Assembly (NCBI GenBank): GCA_031835245.2
Contig: JAVKOQ020000012.1
Coordinates: forward strand, 62,001-126,000
Length of the DNA stretch: 64,000 nt
Origin: Balamuthia mandrillaris
Taxonomy: Eukaryota
Reading direction: 5' to 3'
Made by a program: the position numbers and the translations under genes. How positions within the stretch are numbered: the first letter of the stretch is position 1; each line of letters opens with the position of its first letter. Shown piece after piece: positions 1 through 12,432 of this stretch. The notes under the pieces are model-generated. The model was not told the origin of the DNA. It did not search any database and worked only from the letters and a program-made list of their open reading frames with translations.

Positions 1-262
1 GTAAGGTCTTCTTTAGTTGTTCTAACAGAGCAAGTGCAAAAGGGCGTGGTTGTAGCAACAACTTTTCTTCTCCGACTGATACTTGTGGTCGCACTTCCGC
101 ACTGCTGTGCTTCTCAAGCGGGCAGTGAAGGTGGCAGGTTCCCCGCTTACTCCTGCTGGCATTTGACAGATAGCAAGAACTAGAATCACATGACTGAGCC
201 ACGTAGACTCGATAGGCTGAAGAAGCTCTCCTGTGCGAAATTGGTGTTCGCCGTCCTTATCA

Positions 263-631
263 TCAATTCTCTCTTGTTGCTTGTGAGGCGTTCCCCTCTT
301 CCTCTTCCTCCTCTTCCAACTGCAACTCTTCTCCTGCGTTATCGCTTGGGGATGGAAAAGTTGAGGCAGAGGAAGAGGACGAAGAGGAAGAGGAAGAAGT
401 AGTAGTAGTAAAACTGGTGGAAGAAGGAAAGGTTGCCGAGTCGACATAACCACGAGGAAGGTAGCCCTCAAGGATGTTGTTGATGGTAATATCGACAGAG
501 CGTGTTCTGGCAAGGTCCCGCCGAATATCATCCGGCTGAACATCTGGAAATACATTTTGTACCAGGAATATCTTTTACACAAGAGAGAGGTTAGGTAACA
601 AGACAAGAGGAAGAGGGAGATAGATAGAGAT

Positions 632-676
<45 letters not shown>

Positions 677-2539
677 AACAAGAAAGCAGCAACATACCCA
701 TTCTTCAGGAACAACAAAAGGTTGCATAAGTTGGAGAAAAGGGAGCCATTGCGCTCCAGCTACGCCAAAAATGCCTCCTTCATTGTTCATCGGCATTTGT
801 TGGTATTGGGGTAGTGTGTGTACATTATTTACAGGGCGGGTTGAGATTGAGGATGGTGCTGCTGACGTAGAGGAAGGCATTGCTCCGTCAGCTGACAAGC
901 TTACAGTGGCTGGCATGGCACGGGTAGCGCTGTTATCAGCGGTGTCGGTGGAGTTTGTAGTGGAGGAAGAGGCAGAAGTAGATTGGTCTTGGCGAAGAGA
1001 TTGGCGGCATGTTGGACAGGAATGATGTCTCTCAAGCCAAGTCCTCATGCAAGGCCTTTAGTGAGTAAGGTTCAGAGGTGAGAAACATAAAGCAAGGAAA
1101 ATAGTACTGAGACACATACGAATGGAATATGTGACCACAAGGCAATTTTTTAGCTGTTGTAGAGAGAGGAGATAGACAGATGGCACAGTTGTCATCATAG
1201 TCAATTAACTCCTCTTCGGTGGGACTTGGATACCTTGCATTTGATGTTTTATCAGAACAGTGTTCATGGAAGGAGGGAGAGAGGAGAGAGAATGTATTGT
1301 TAGAACAAAAGGAATTGGACAGTACCTGTCGTTGATGTCCGATGATAAGCGCCTATAGTTCCTGTGATTGACGATCTTCTTGTGAAGGCTGTGGAACACG
1401 ACTTTCATATGAAGGAAAAGCACAAAGTCAATGAGGGTAAATGAGACACCGTGCAGGAATAGTATGTGTATGTAGTGAATCAGCGTGGCCATTAGCACGA
1501 GAGAATCCGTAATAAACTCAGTGTAATATATGTAGGTTGTCTTTTCCTCCCAAAGAGTATCATTGCGCAAATCGTGGAGGTGAATTGCATATTTAATGAG
1601 CGTTTGAAGTGTGTCCAAGAACAGCGTGAAGCACTTGAAGTTGGTACAACGAGTCAGCGGGATAAAGTTGAAGGTGAAACGACAAAGATATGAAACCACC
1701 ATACCTCAAATGTCATAAGGAAGATAATGGATAAACCAGAGGTACCGAAAGAGAACAAGCAGAGCAAAAACCAACTGATATCTGCCACAATGATAGCCAC
1801 AAGCAACCCTATTACCCGTAAATGAGCTGCAAGCCTTGTAGACGGCGCATGATTTACCAGCTGCTCACCAAACAGAAGTTAAATATTCAGGCGCTTAGCT
1901 GTAAGAGAAGAGCAAACAAAGAGGTATTGCAAGCAAGCAAGCAAGCACGCACATATTCATAGCGGTCTCTGGCCAGCAAGGAAAAAGTTCTAAAAAAGCC
2001 GAGCACGGAGAACCACGCTACCCAAAGGAAGAGCTCTCGCAAGCGCGGTATTTCCAGGATGGCCCCCACGAACACTATCTTGAACAGGATGTACTTCAAC
2101 AACCTATCATAAAGTTGCTGGAGGGGGGAGAGGTTGAAAAGAACACATAAACGCACAAACGTTAGCATTTGGTTGGGAGGGAGTGGGTATGAAAGAAAAT
2201 GGGGGGGGGGTTGGTAAATGATACCCTGGTTTCTTCTGCCCGTAGCTTCCCAAAGAAAGTGACCTGCACTAGCTTTCCCAACAAGAACAGCAGGTTATAG
2301 GCCATGTTCGTCAGTACCTATTAGTGGTAGTAGTGGTAGGTTACCCCAGCTGAGCGTTAACAACAACAAGTCTCATCAAGGTCACGAGGGAGGGAAGAAA
2401 CACATACCAAAACGGTTGTTTTGGAGGAGGTCATGTAGGCCACCAGTTGAGGGAAGGTGTTGGTGTGGGCGTAGGCCTGGGCCACGCAGACGGCCGTGCA
2501 AAGCACGCTCAGGCTGGTGTAGGTTCGCAAGCTTATCAT
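263..2539 (-). CDS. AMFR: ERAD RING-H2 E3 ubiquitin ligase, AMFR/gp78 (HRD1-like TM region + RING + CUE); multi-exon
   Basis: Spliced exons give TM segments (FGKLRAEE, LWVAWF, RDRYEY, WEEKTTYIYYTEF), RING CAIC..LPCGHIFH..C...W....SCPTCR and a CUE domain (VQNVFPDVQPDDIRRDLARTRSVDITINNILEG) in a frame missing from the ORF track; TGA at 263-265. Confidence 0.85.
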
Positions 2540-2781
2540 CCGTCGCCTTGTTGATTTTGAAAGAATTCCCTTTAGATATAAATATGCCCAGAAGAAGAAG
2601 AAGGTTGCCGTCCCCCTCCTCCCCCCCTCCCCCTTTGTTTGTTCGTTCGATCTAGCTTGGCCCGCCGCCCGCCTTTTCTGCTTTCTTCTGTTTTGGGGGA
2701 AATTTTTCGTGACGACATGATTCTTGAGCATTCTGCAGGGTGCAGAAAGAAAAGGGGGAAAAAAACACAAAAGCAAAACAG

Positions 2782-5244
2782 ATGGCAGCAAGCCGCAAAC
2801 AGTGGCAAGCCTCTCCCTGCCTGCACCCTGGCTCTGAGTGGGTGGTTCGTCATTTGAGCGGAGAGACCGGAGGAGGAGAGGGAAAGGCTTGCAAGTTGGG
2901 CTGGTTGTTGGGAGAGCAATCCTCCGCCTCCCTGCTGAGCTGCATGGCCTGCAGGAACGACCTTCTGGCGTGTGGAGGACGAGATTATTGGAGACAAGAG
3001 ATGGAGTTTGTGAGGGCTAGTATCCCTGGTGGAATCTCTGTCGTTGGGGCATACTTCGTATTTGCAAGCGAAGAGGATGACAAAAGCAGGGAAGCACATG
3101 TGAAAGCTTTCTTCCAGGAAGCTTGCAACCTTGCCGTCCTGGAAGATTTCTTTCTGTGCGATGAACAAGCGAGTCTAGTGGTGGCCCTTTCTTGGGGTAG
3201 AAGACCTGAAGAGCGTGTAACAAGTGAAGAGCAAGCCCTGTTTTCCTTTTACTCGCTTTCCTTGGTACTATTTTCTCTCTTTCCTTTTTTTTTCATTCTA
3301 ATTTATTTTTGTATCAGCTTTCATCCGAGTTGACAGCATTGTCAGTGGTCTCAAAGCCAAACCTCCGAGAAAGCTTTTGGAACCAGCACTTGCTTCTTCG
3401 TGCTAGATTTACTCAAAGGTTTTACTTCACGCCTGATATGAAAGGTACTAGTCAGCATTCAACTTAAAACTTTATTCTTACTTTGTTGTAATAAATAAAT
3501 AGCATTGATAACAGCCTTAGAAGAAGTTCAACAAAGACTGCATAGCCAGAACACATTCCTGCAATTCAAAAAGGCATCATTAACTGACTCACCACAAACA
3601 ATGCTTATATTTCCTATTGGTTTACAAGATGTTGCTTCTCTTCAAACATGTGAAGACTTTGTTTGTGGACATAAGAACACCAAAAAGGTTCCAAGTTTTG
3701 AAATTTTTTATTGAACTTTATTTCATTTGAACTTATTTATTTCTATTCCAAAAAAGCAAAAACAGAAACATCAAACATTACCTAATAATTTAACTCCAAG
3801 TGCTCTTGAGTTTCAAATTTTAGAGTCTTTCTCTTCCAACACAATGAATACACAGTCACCAATCCTTCAGTTTACTTCAAATACTGATAATAATATTCAT
3901 ATTCTTTCCTTAAGCCTAGATGCTATAGTTTATGCTTCATTAAAGCAACCATTAAATGAAGCTTTACTTCTTATTATTGAAAAGTTATCCCAACAACTTA
4001 AATTCTTTATATCTTTAACACCATCTTTTGATATTAAGTTGAATACTATTAAGGTAATTGATCTTAGTTTATTTTAAATTTTTAAAAGTTGGAATTTTCT
4101 ATTAACTATTATTTGTTATAAAAGTTTTCTGCATTACATTTTCAACCACATGACTTGCCTCACTTGATAACATTGATTTATCCTATGGAAAATAGTACTT
4201 CTTTTACTGAAGATCACTTAAGTAGGGCTTTCTTTTTTTTTTTTTTGCAATTTTTTTCTTTAATGTTAATCCATTTAAATAGTGGATTTTCGTCAATCTT
4301 TACATCAAACCTTTTTGTTACCTATGGACAGACCTTTATTACGAACTGTTAATGCTTTGACTTTAATGACAACTGAAAATGCACAAGGTGAATATTTTTC
4401 ATAATTTATATAATATAGTGTATGTATTTATTATTTTTAAAATCAGCCCGATTATGCAATGTTCATAAGGTGTTAGGAGGATCAGGAGGTAAGTGTTTTT
4501 ATTTATTCATTATTTTAATTCTCACAAAAATGGTTTTATTCCATTTAGTTCAAGGTGGAACAATGCACCTTGTTCATGGTTCATATGAATATTATCATTA
4601 TATGCAAGACTATTTTGATGACAAGGTATAGAACTAAACAAAACAATAGCAAAAATTGAATTAAAATTATTATCATTATTAGGGTTGGGGATGTGCATAT
4701 CGCTCAATGCAAACTATATGTTCTTGGTTCCATTTACAAGGTTATATTCAAGGACATATACCAAACCATCAACAAATTCAAAAATTATTAGTTCATATTG
4801 GAGATAAACCTTCTTCTTTTGTTGATTCAAAGCAATGGATTGGTGCTATTGAAATTATGGCCTGTCTTAAAGAATTATATGGGGTAGGTTTGTTGTAAAA
4901 AATACTTTTATCTTATTAACATTGCCAAATAGATCACTTGCAAAATATTGAATGTTACATCAGGAAGTGAGTTGGAGTATAAAGCCAGTGAACTTGCTTA
5001 TCATTTTGATACAGAGGGAACACCTGTAATGATTGGTGGTGGAGTATTAGCTTATACATTATTGGGTATTGATTATAATGCTATAACTGGTGCTGTTAAG
5101 TTCCTTATTTTGGATCCTCATTATACTGGCCCTGAAGATATTAAAGCCATTAAAGATAAGTGGTGTGGCTGGCGTGACATTAGTTTATTTCGAAAGGATT
5201 CTTTTTACAATCTTTGTCTTCCTTTAAGACCCAAAGAAATATGA
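2782..5244 (+). CDS. UFSP2: Ufm1-specific protease 2 (peptidase C78); multi-exon
   Basis: [26 protein letters not shown] (catalytic Cys), [12 protein letters not shown] and LILDPHYTG motifs; long N-terminal domain as in UFSP2. Confidence 0.92.
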
Positions 5245-7200
5245 GTTTTTTCCAACTCTTTAATTCTTTTTTGTGCATTCTTTCATAATAATAAAAAGAT
5301 AGTAGTGAATGGAAATTAAGACTTCACTGACTTTCTGTTTTTGATAATCTGTGTTATTAATATTCATTATAATATAATATATAATATTCTGTCACAACCC
5401 AGCCTTGGGTCATACCTATCCATCTCTCTCTTATAATACTCACAAAGGTAAGACAAAATTGGAAATAAGCTTCTTGATAGTGGCTATTTTATCATCATAA
5501 ACTTCTATTACAGTCAACTTCCTATAACACAAAGCTACTTCACTTCCCAAAAATTACAAACAAAAGGAGAGCTTGTGTATATATTGTATTAAATACAGTT
5601 TTATCATTTCAAAATGTTTCTTGAACAATACTTTTTGTTTTTTTTTTTTTTGAAGAAATGCAAATAATGTAAAATACTCTAGGCTGGCTGAATTTGAATA
5701 ACTGAATTTTAGAAAAACAAAGAAATAACATAAAAAGGATTATGAGAATAGTGAAAATATAGTTGAAAAAAATAAAAAATAATTTAGGAAACAAAGTAAA
5801 CACAAGACCAAAAAACTTTATTTACAAACTAAAGAAAAAATGAATACATAAATTGTGAAATTCTTTTCACTTATTAACTTCATTGTTTCTTTTCTTTTTT
5901 TTTTTTGTCAATGTTATGATGTAAAACAAAAAAAACTGCCACATTATATTCTTTTTATTTTATTGTTTCTTTCTTTCCAGCAAAAAAGGAGTGTGGACCA
6001 AAGTGTGTGCTTTGAGTGTGTTGGAAGGAAACAGGGAAAATAAAAAGGGTATGCAAATTTGGGGTATCCAGGGAAAGTGTCAACAAGAAGTCATAAAGAA
6101 GTGAATCATTGGTTTTCCAACATCTTTACACTGTTTCTTTATTTTCCATTTGAAACTATAAGGAATCTTGAGATAAGTATTAGTGATTTCTCAACAATTT
6201 TATACTTGTCCTACATCTAGAAAAAACAAGAAGCTTGTCCTTGAAGTATTTGCAGGTAACATCTTATTGAAAAAAAACAATTAGTTAAAAGAAGTAAAAT
6301 AGAAAAAGTACAAATAATAAAATGAAATAAAACAAAATTGTAATAATATCTTACCACACGATGAACAGTAGGTTCAAATAAAGAAGCTTCTGCTCCATGT
6401 TGACAAAACTGTTGTATTTTGTTTCCCATGATAATAAACATATCTTGACAAGGCTCAACCAATTTTTCTACTTCTAGAAATTCATTGGTTACTTTATCTT
6501 TCACTATCGTTTTTTTTTTTTGTTAACTAAAGTGTACATATTTTAAATATAAATGATAACAATGACCTACCTTGTAAACCAGGCACAGGAGCACAGACAA
6601 TGGCTGTTAAAAGACCAGTATCACAGTGAGTAGCACTTGGTATAAACATTTCATTTGAAGGTTCATTAATGTCTATTTCATTTTCTTTTTGTTCTTGTCT
6701 ATTATCAATTAAATCAATAGTTTCATTTTCATGTGTTTCTCTTATTTTCATTTTTAACTTCTTTTGTTTTTCTAATTCATGAATTTTATAATCTCCATTT
6801 TTAAAATAACTATTTAATACAAAACATATTAATAAATCACCTCAAAATGATCAAAAAATTAATAAAAAGTAAAGATAGTAAATAAATACATACTTAATAA
6901 CTGAAATGCTAGATCGTGTTTCTATAGCAATATTTATCTCATTTAACATTTCTAGACTAAAATGTGTATAAGTATTGTCTAGTTTTGTTGCTATTTCTCC
7001 TTCTGCTGTATAGCTAGCTAGAAGGGATAAGGCTTTTTTTGTAAGCATTGCAACTTGTTCATATGCTTTATCAAAGGTTTCTATTGTAAAAAACAAAAAC
7101 CAAAACATGTTAACAATTATAACTAGTAACTATTAAACAATAATAGGGACCTTGAAAGTTTGAAGGTTGGTCTGGTACAATGTCTTGGCTTCCTAACTTT
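3400..7200. other. AT-rich, CpG-depleted compositional island
   Basis: Visibly much lower GC than the rest of the window in exons, introns and intergenic DNA; only about ten CG dinucleotides seen by eye; no (GA)n tracts. Boundaries approximate. Confidence 0.85.
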
Positions 7201-7600
7201 ATAGTTACAAGCATGAGAAAGAAAAAGCTTAGTTCAGCTCGGGTGAGCACACATGGTAGTATCTAACCTTAAGGTATTCTTTTACATGTTCCACTAGCAG
7301 GTAGCCTCTGTTGACCTTGGACTGCGTGTTGAAACGAGTGCCCATGCTGTAGCGCTCCTTGTAGTTGATGGGTTGCTCAAAGAACTCCAACGCAGCCGCC
7401 AAGTAGTCTTGAATGGCTTGTTGAGTCTCGGCATCAAGTCGAATGACGGCAAAGCCTTTCTGCCGCATGCTTTCGCAAAACAAACGGCCAGCCTCTGCGT
7501 TGCCTTCTTGCTCTTCGCAGAGTTGGCCGAGGTCGATTCTTGGGGGCAGCACCTCCCCACTCAAGTCAGGCCTTTGCGCCTTGCTCGTAGTGCCTCCCAT
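6200..7600 (-). CDS. 2-oxoglutarate/Fe(II) dioxygenase (IPNS/DIOX_N-like), probably N-myristoylated; multi-exon
   Basis: MGGTTSK start; PRIDL...GFAVI...FFEQP..YK..Y...RGY N-domain; HCDTGLLT (HxD), HRV, and final exon MLPANTSRTSFLFF (RxS) ending TAA at 6200-6202. Confidence 0.88.
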
Positions 7601-7779
7601 GCGTGGCTCCCCTTTCTGTTTTCTTTTCCGTTATGTGCTTCTTGGCGGTTCAGGGAAAAGGAGTTGCCAGGCAAAATGAAAAGCTACACCATGACGACGC
7701 CGTTTATTTTTGTTTGGAGGGGGAGTGTGCGGCAAGAGGCAACAAAAAAAGGACCTTCTTCTTCCATTGGAAGAAAATT

Positions 7780-9416
7780 CTAGGAAGGATTGCAAACACT
7801 GCTCTCTTTGCCCAAAGAACCATCAAGAAGACCCACTAGCACGTCATGCACATAGCGTGCTCTGGCCAACGGGTTCCGAAGCTCCAGCACGTTCTGTTTG
7901 AGCTGCTTTTCAACCGGCAGCACCGAAGCCAGCCAGTTGGGGAGGACGTTATCGTTGGAGGGAATGTCGCCAGCCCCTTGAATGATGTTTTGCACCTCCG
8001 GAAGATGACCTCGTGAGAGAACATCTCCAAGGAGCATGCGCGTGCGAGCCACGGTAGACTGAAACTCTGCCTCCTCCTCAATTGTCATCCCCTCATCTTC
8101 GAACCACTCCACCCGTCCCATCATGTACCCGTCCGTCTCCCACTTGTCCAAAATTCTAAACCGTTTGCTAGCCGTTGTCTCTATATGACTTCTGCCGTCG
8201 CTCATACTGAGAGAAAGAGTTGATATAAGTACAAACGAAGAACAAAAGCCTGAAAGAAAGCGTACTGGTTAACTCGCTTAATTTGTAATGTACATCCAAC
8301 ATCGCAGAGAGCCCACCCGGACGCTGTCTGCTTCACATTTACAAGCCCAAACTGCTTCTTCCCGTTGAGACATCGCCGCAGCATCAGCCGATACCGCGGC
8401 TCGAAGATGTGGAGCGGAAAGTTCATGCCAGGAAAGAGGACCACTCGAAGAGGAAAGAGGGGCATGCAATCCTCCCCTAGCCTCATCTGCTGCAGCATCT
8501 CCTCCTTCCTATGTGCATAGAGCTCTGGAAAGAATCGCTCTACTACCTGTTGAAGGGCCACCGTGACGGTGTACTCTGCGTTGGGCCGAAGCTCGGCCCT
8601 GCAGAGCGGACATTTCGTGGTGTGGTCCAGCGCCCGCAGCAGGCAGTCCTTGCAGAAGGTATGTCCGCAGCTAGTCGTCGTTGGTTCGTAGTAGAGCTTC
8701 ATGCATAGAACACATTCAAAGTCATCAGCGGAGGGTAGCACCAACTTCTGTTGTTGCGTCGTTGGTGGCTGCTTCGCCTCGCAATTGTTGATGAAGTTGC
8801 TGCTTTTGTCTTCTTCGTCCATTGCTTGTAAGGATTTGAATGGAGAGCCGAGGCTTTGGTTATTCTTAGGAGAGGAGGGAGGAGTGGTGATGGCAAAGAG
8901 GTGAAGTCTTCGGCGCATTTCCTCCGGGTCCGCCAGCGCACGGTCTCCAAGGAGCTGCATGGCCATGTTGGTATCGGCGAGCGCTTCCTGTTCTCTGTTG
9001 TCATTTAAAAAGGGTCGTTTCAGCTAGAAGGTGGAGAGAGAGAGAGAGAGAGAGAGAATGTACCTTTGCAAGGCGGAAAGGGCGGCGGCTCTGTTTTGGT
9101 ATAGAGTGGCAAGGGTGGGATACAGGGCTATGGCATGAGTGTAGTAGGCAACGGCTTGTTCGTAGCATTGGTTCTCGTAGCTCTCATCGGCGAGTCTCTT
9201 CCACTCGTCGCAACTCCGTTCATGGTTGTTGCTGTTGTGGTTGTTGTTTTGTACAGAGGAGAGAAGAATGGGATCGGAGTTGTTGGTGGAGGGAAGGAGA
9301 GCTCGTGCGGTGTGTTGGCGCTGAGGTTGAAGGGGAGATTGACGAAGAGGAGGAAGGGTGAGAGGGCCGGCCGGCGCAAAAGGGTCTGGCAAGAGAGCGT
9401 ATTGTTGTTGACTCAT
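7780..9416 (-). CDS. LONRF: TPR + RING + LON peptidase N-terminal domain protein; 3 exons
   Basis: TPR (YEQAVAYYTHAI..YQNRAAA), C3HC4 RING (CVLC..CGHTFC..C..CPLCR), LON_substr_bdg motif LPLFPL..VLFPG..FPLHIFEPRYRLMLRRC. Confidence 0.88.
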
Positions 9417-10218
9417 TCGTTGGTGTTTGTGTTTTAAGGAAGAGAGAAGAAGGGGGCAAGAGAGAAGAGAGAAGAAAGAAAGAAGGAACAAATGGACAGG
9501 AAGTCGTTCTTTTTGTTTTGTCTTGTTTTGTCTTGGATGGAAGAATGTGGTGGTTCCTTTTTTTTCTTCAGAAGAAACGGCTGGTTGCTCTGCTTTCTTT
9601 CGTAAACCACTCCAGTTTTTTTTTTTTTTGTTTTGGTTTTTGTTTGTTGGTTCAGCTGGTGGTTCACGAAGGTTTGACGTATCCGTTATGCAAGACTGAT
9701 ATCGCCCCCCGCCAACACCAACGTCGACCCACGAAAGGTAAAACCACAAAAAAATAGCGACCCTTTGCGTTTTTCCCTCTTATTGGGGTTGTTGTTTGTG
9801 GGCTTTGTCGTTTGTCTGATGGCAGGAGCGTGTGTGTCGGTGTGCGTGTGGTTTTGTTTGCCCTTCGTGATGATCACGCAGGGCTTGCGGAAGTATTTGC
9901 TCTGCTTTAGGCGATGACGCAACCAGGGCGTCATGTCGAATTGAGATTTCAGTAAAATTTCGATCACATCTGTTATGCGAGGACTGTAAATGGAAAGTTT
10001 AGCCAAAAGGCCAAAATGGTGATTTGAAAAAGGTGACCATGCAGCCAATCGGGTGCCTCGACAAGTGGGAGCAATCTCACGAGAGATCATATGAGGGTTG
10101 GTTATCTCATTTTTTGCTCTCTTTTGGGAAACTACGGAAGGAGAGGAAATCTCTGTTCTTCCTCTTCGCATCGTTCGGTTCAACAAAACCCTAAAAGCGA
10201 AATAAAATAAAACGACAA

Positions 10219-12043
10219 CTATTTATAAAAGATGGTGTACTCTGGATAGGCTTGGTGATTGTCAAACACTACGTACATGCCGTTGCCATTGCTGACCGAG
10301 CCCACCGAGTCATGCAAGACCTGTCCCTTGGAGTCCTTTGCTGGCGGCCGCCTGAGACCGCTCTGTCCCTGTCCCACCGAGCCGAGGGTCACTCGGCAGT
10401 AAAGCATCTTCTTGAGGCCCGTGCTGGTGGTGCCGCTGACATAGCCAGTGGAGGTGGAGGAGTGGGTGGCAAAGTAGACGCCTGCCCCGATGGCGCCTCC
10501 CATATGCGCCACCCGATGGTCGAATCCGTCCTTTTAAAATGATTTCATAGGCATTTGCTCTTGAACCTTTTTATTATTTGTTTTAGAGTATGAATGAGCG
10601 CAAATAGGAAGAAAGCAAGGATAGGAAGAGGAAAGCAACAAGAACGAATGAGAAAGGAAAGATACCATGAAAGACCATCTTCTCGTTTGGGTTATGTTTG
10701 TTCTTGAGTGCCACCTGCTGTCTTCGGAGGTAGTAAAACGTCCACTGGGTCCTGATGGATTAAAAGTCGCACAAGTGAGTAAACCCACAAATGAAAGTTC
10801 TTGCGAGAATGCGGGGATGGGGTGGGCTAGAGGGCTACAGAAGCGCCCATCCACTTTCCCATCGGCGCGTCCCCATAAACAGAAAAACGACATGTCACTT
10901 ACCTGTTTTGGTTGCGTTCAATGCGAGTGACAGTGGCACTCATCCCTGTCAATGTGTTGGTGAAATGGCTCGCCACTCTATTCCACTTGATTGAAAAAAG
11001 AATAAAAGAAAAGTCAATAAAATGAATATAGTAGATACTTAATAAAGAAAACGTACCTCTTCTGAGTTCCTTTTCACGTCAAACACTTGATAGTCAGAGA
11101 CTTGGTTTTCCCAGTAGTCAGGATATTCTACTCCCGACAGATTGACCGCCACATGGCCCGCCTCCTCCACCGAAGAATGGACAGCCAATGCTCTGGCCTC
11201 TTCCAACTGGCGTAACAGTTCCTCTTTTTCTCGAAGCTCTTTTGCTGTTTACGATAGTGAAAATGGGGGTAAGCATTCATAGGTCTCGAGAAGAGTTACG
11301 AAAGATAGCAGATACAAAAAAGGAGAGAGCACAGAGAGCAGAAAGAGATAGAAGAGAGAAGGGAGGGAAGCGATAGAGACAAGAAAAAAGGAACAGAGTG
11401 AAGAAAGAAAGTAGATAAAGCTACCGAGAAGTTCATCGGCCTCCGCTTTGGCTTGTGCTTGAATAAGGTTCACCATGTCCTCCCACTCTTTCTTCTTCTT
11501 CCTCTCCTGCTCTTCCTCTTGTTCCTTCCGCCACAACTCCGCCAGCTTCCTGTCCGCGTCCTCATCATCCACTGCGCTTCGCTTCACCCCAATGCTGCTG
11601 CTGGTGCTTGTGCTTGTGCTGGTGGTGGTAGAAGTAGAAGAACCCCCTTTGGCGGCAAGGCGCGCCTTCTCTGCCTCTCTCTCCTCCTCCTCCTGCAACA
11701 TCCTTGCAAAGTCGCTGTCGCTCAACGTGGCTTTCTCTTTCTCTCCAGAGTTGACGTTGGTGCTGCTTTGCGGCTGTGTTGTTGTTGTTGTTGCCGTGGT
11801 GGGAGGTTTGGTTGGTGCTGGTGTCGTAGTGGTGGAAGAAGAAGATGAAGATTTGCTCTCCTCCTCAGCCGCCTTTTGTAGCTCCATTGCGATACGAAGG
11901 TCCTCTTCCTCTTGCTTCCGTTTCTTTTGCCAATAGAGGTACATCTCCTCCTGCAACTTGGCCAGCTCCTCCTCGTTCAAATTTGTCAAATCTACGCCCA
12001 AGGAAGGGTCCACCAGTTCCTCTCTCTCCCCTCCTCCTTCCAT
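10219..12043 (-). CDS. PARP-family (mono-)ADP-ribosyltransferase with N-terminal ubiquitin-binding-like motifs; apparent 1-nt frameshift at 10531-10540
   Basis: Spliced: YPDYW..IERNQN..NEKMVFHGS..GFDHR..GAGVYFA..MLYCRVTLG..YVVFDNHQAYPEY. One extra base separates the FHGS and GFDHR frames. Confidence 0.85.
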
Positions 12044-12432
12044 GTCGTGCGCGTTATCGAAGTAGAAGAAAAAAAAAGTTGTTTTGCCAAACCAAAAAAA
12101 AAAACTACCCCCCCCCCCACAAAACAAATAGGAAGAAAAGTGAATCGATCGAAAGAAAAAGGTCGTTGCTGCAGCAAAACAACAACAAACGCTTTTTTTT
12201 TTCGTTTCGCGTTTCGCGTTATATTTTTCTGTGATTTTTTTGTTAGCGGAAATTAGAGATCTAAGATCAATTTTTGAATTCTGGCCACTCGGCAATCAAA
12301 CCAGAGTTATACGGGGCATAAATTTTACAAGACAAAAAAAATACAAGGCCATCCTCCATGTGTACATGTACATTGCGGACGAACAAAAAAAAAAAAACGA
12401 AGTAACATTTGCACGGAGGGAATGGATGTTTT

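Noticed and set aside
3400..7200. AT-rich island as horizontal transfer, viral insertion or contaminant
   Set aside because: Both host genes run continuously across the boundaries with normal spliceosomal introns; no terminal repeats or foreign genes.
10568..10665. Possible U12-type intron (donor GTATCTTT) in the PARP gene
   Set aside because: No TCCTTAAC-type branch site near the acceptor.
263..12043. Functional cluster of ubiquitin/UFM1/ER quality-control genes
   Set aside because: Such genes are abundant in eukaryotes; adjacency without synteny or co-expression data is not evidence.
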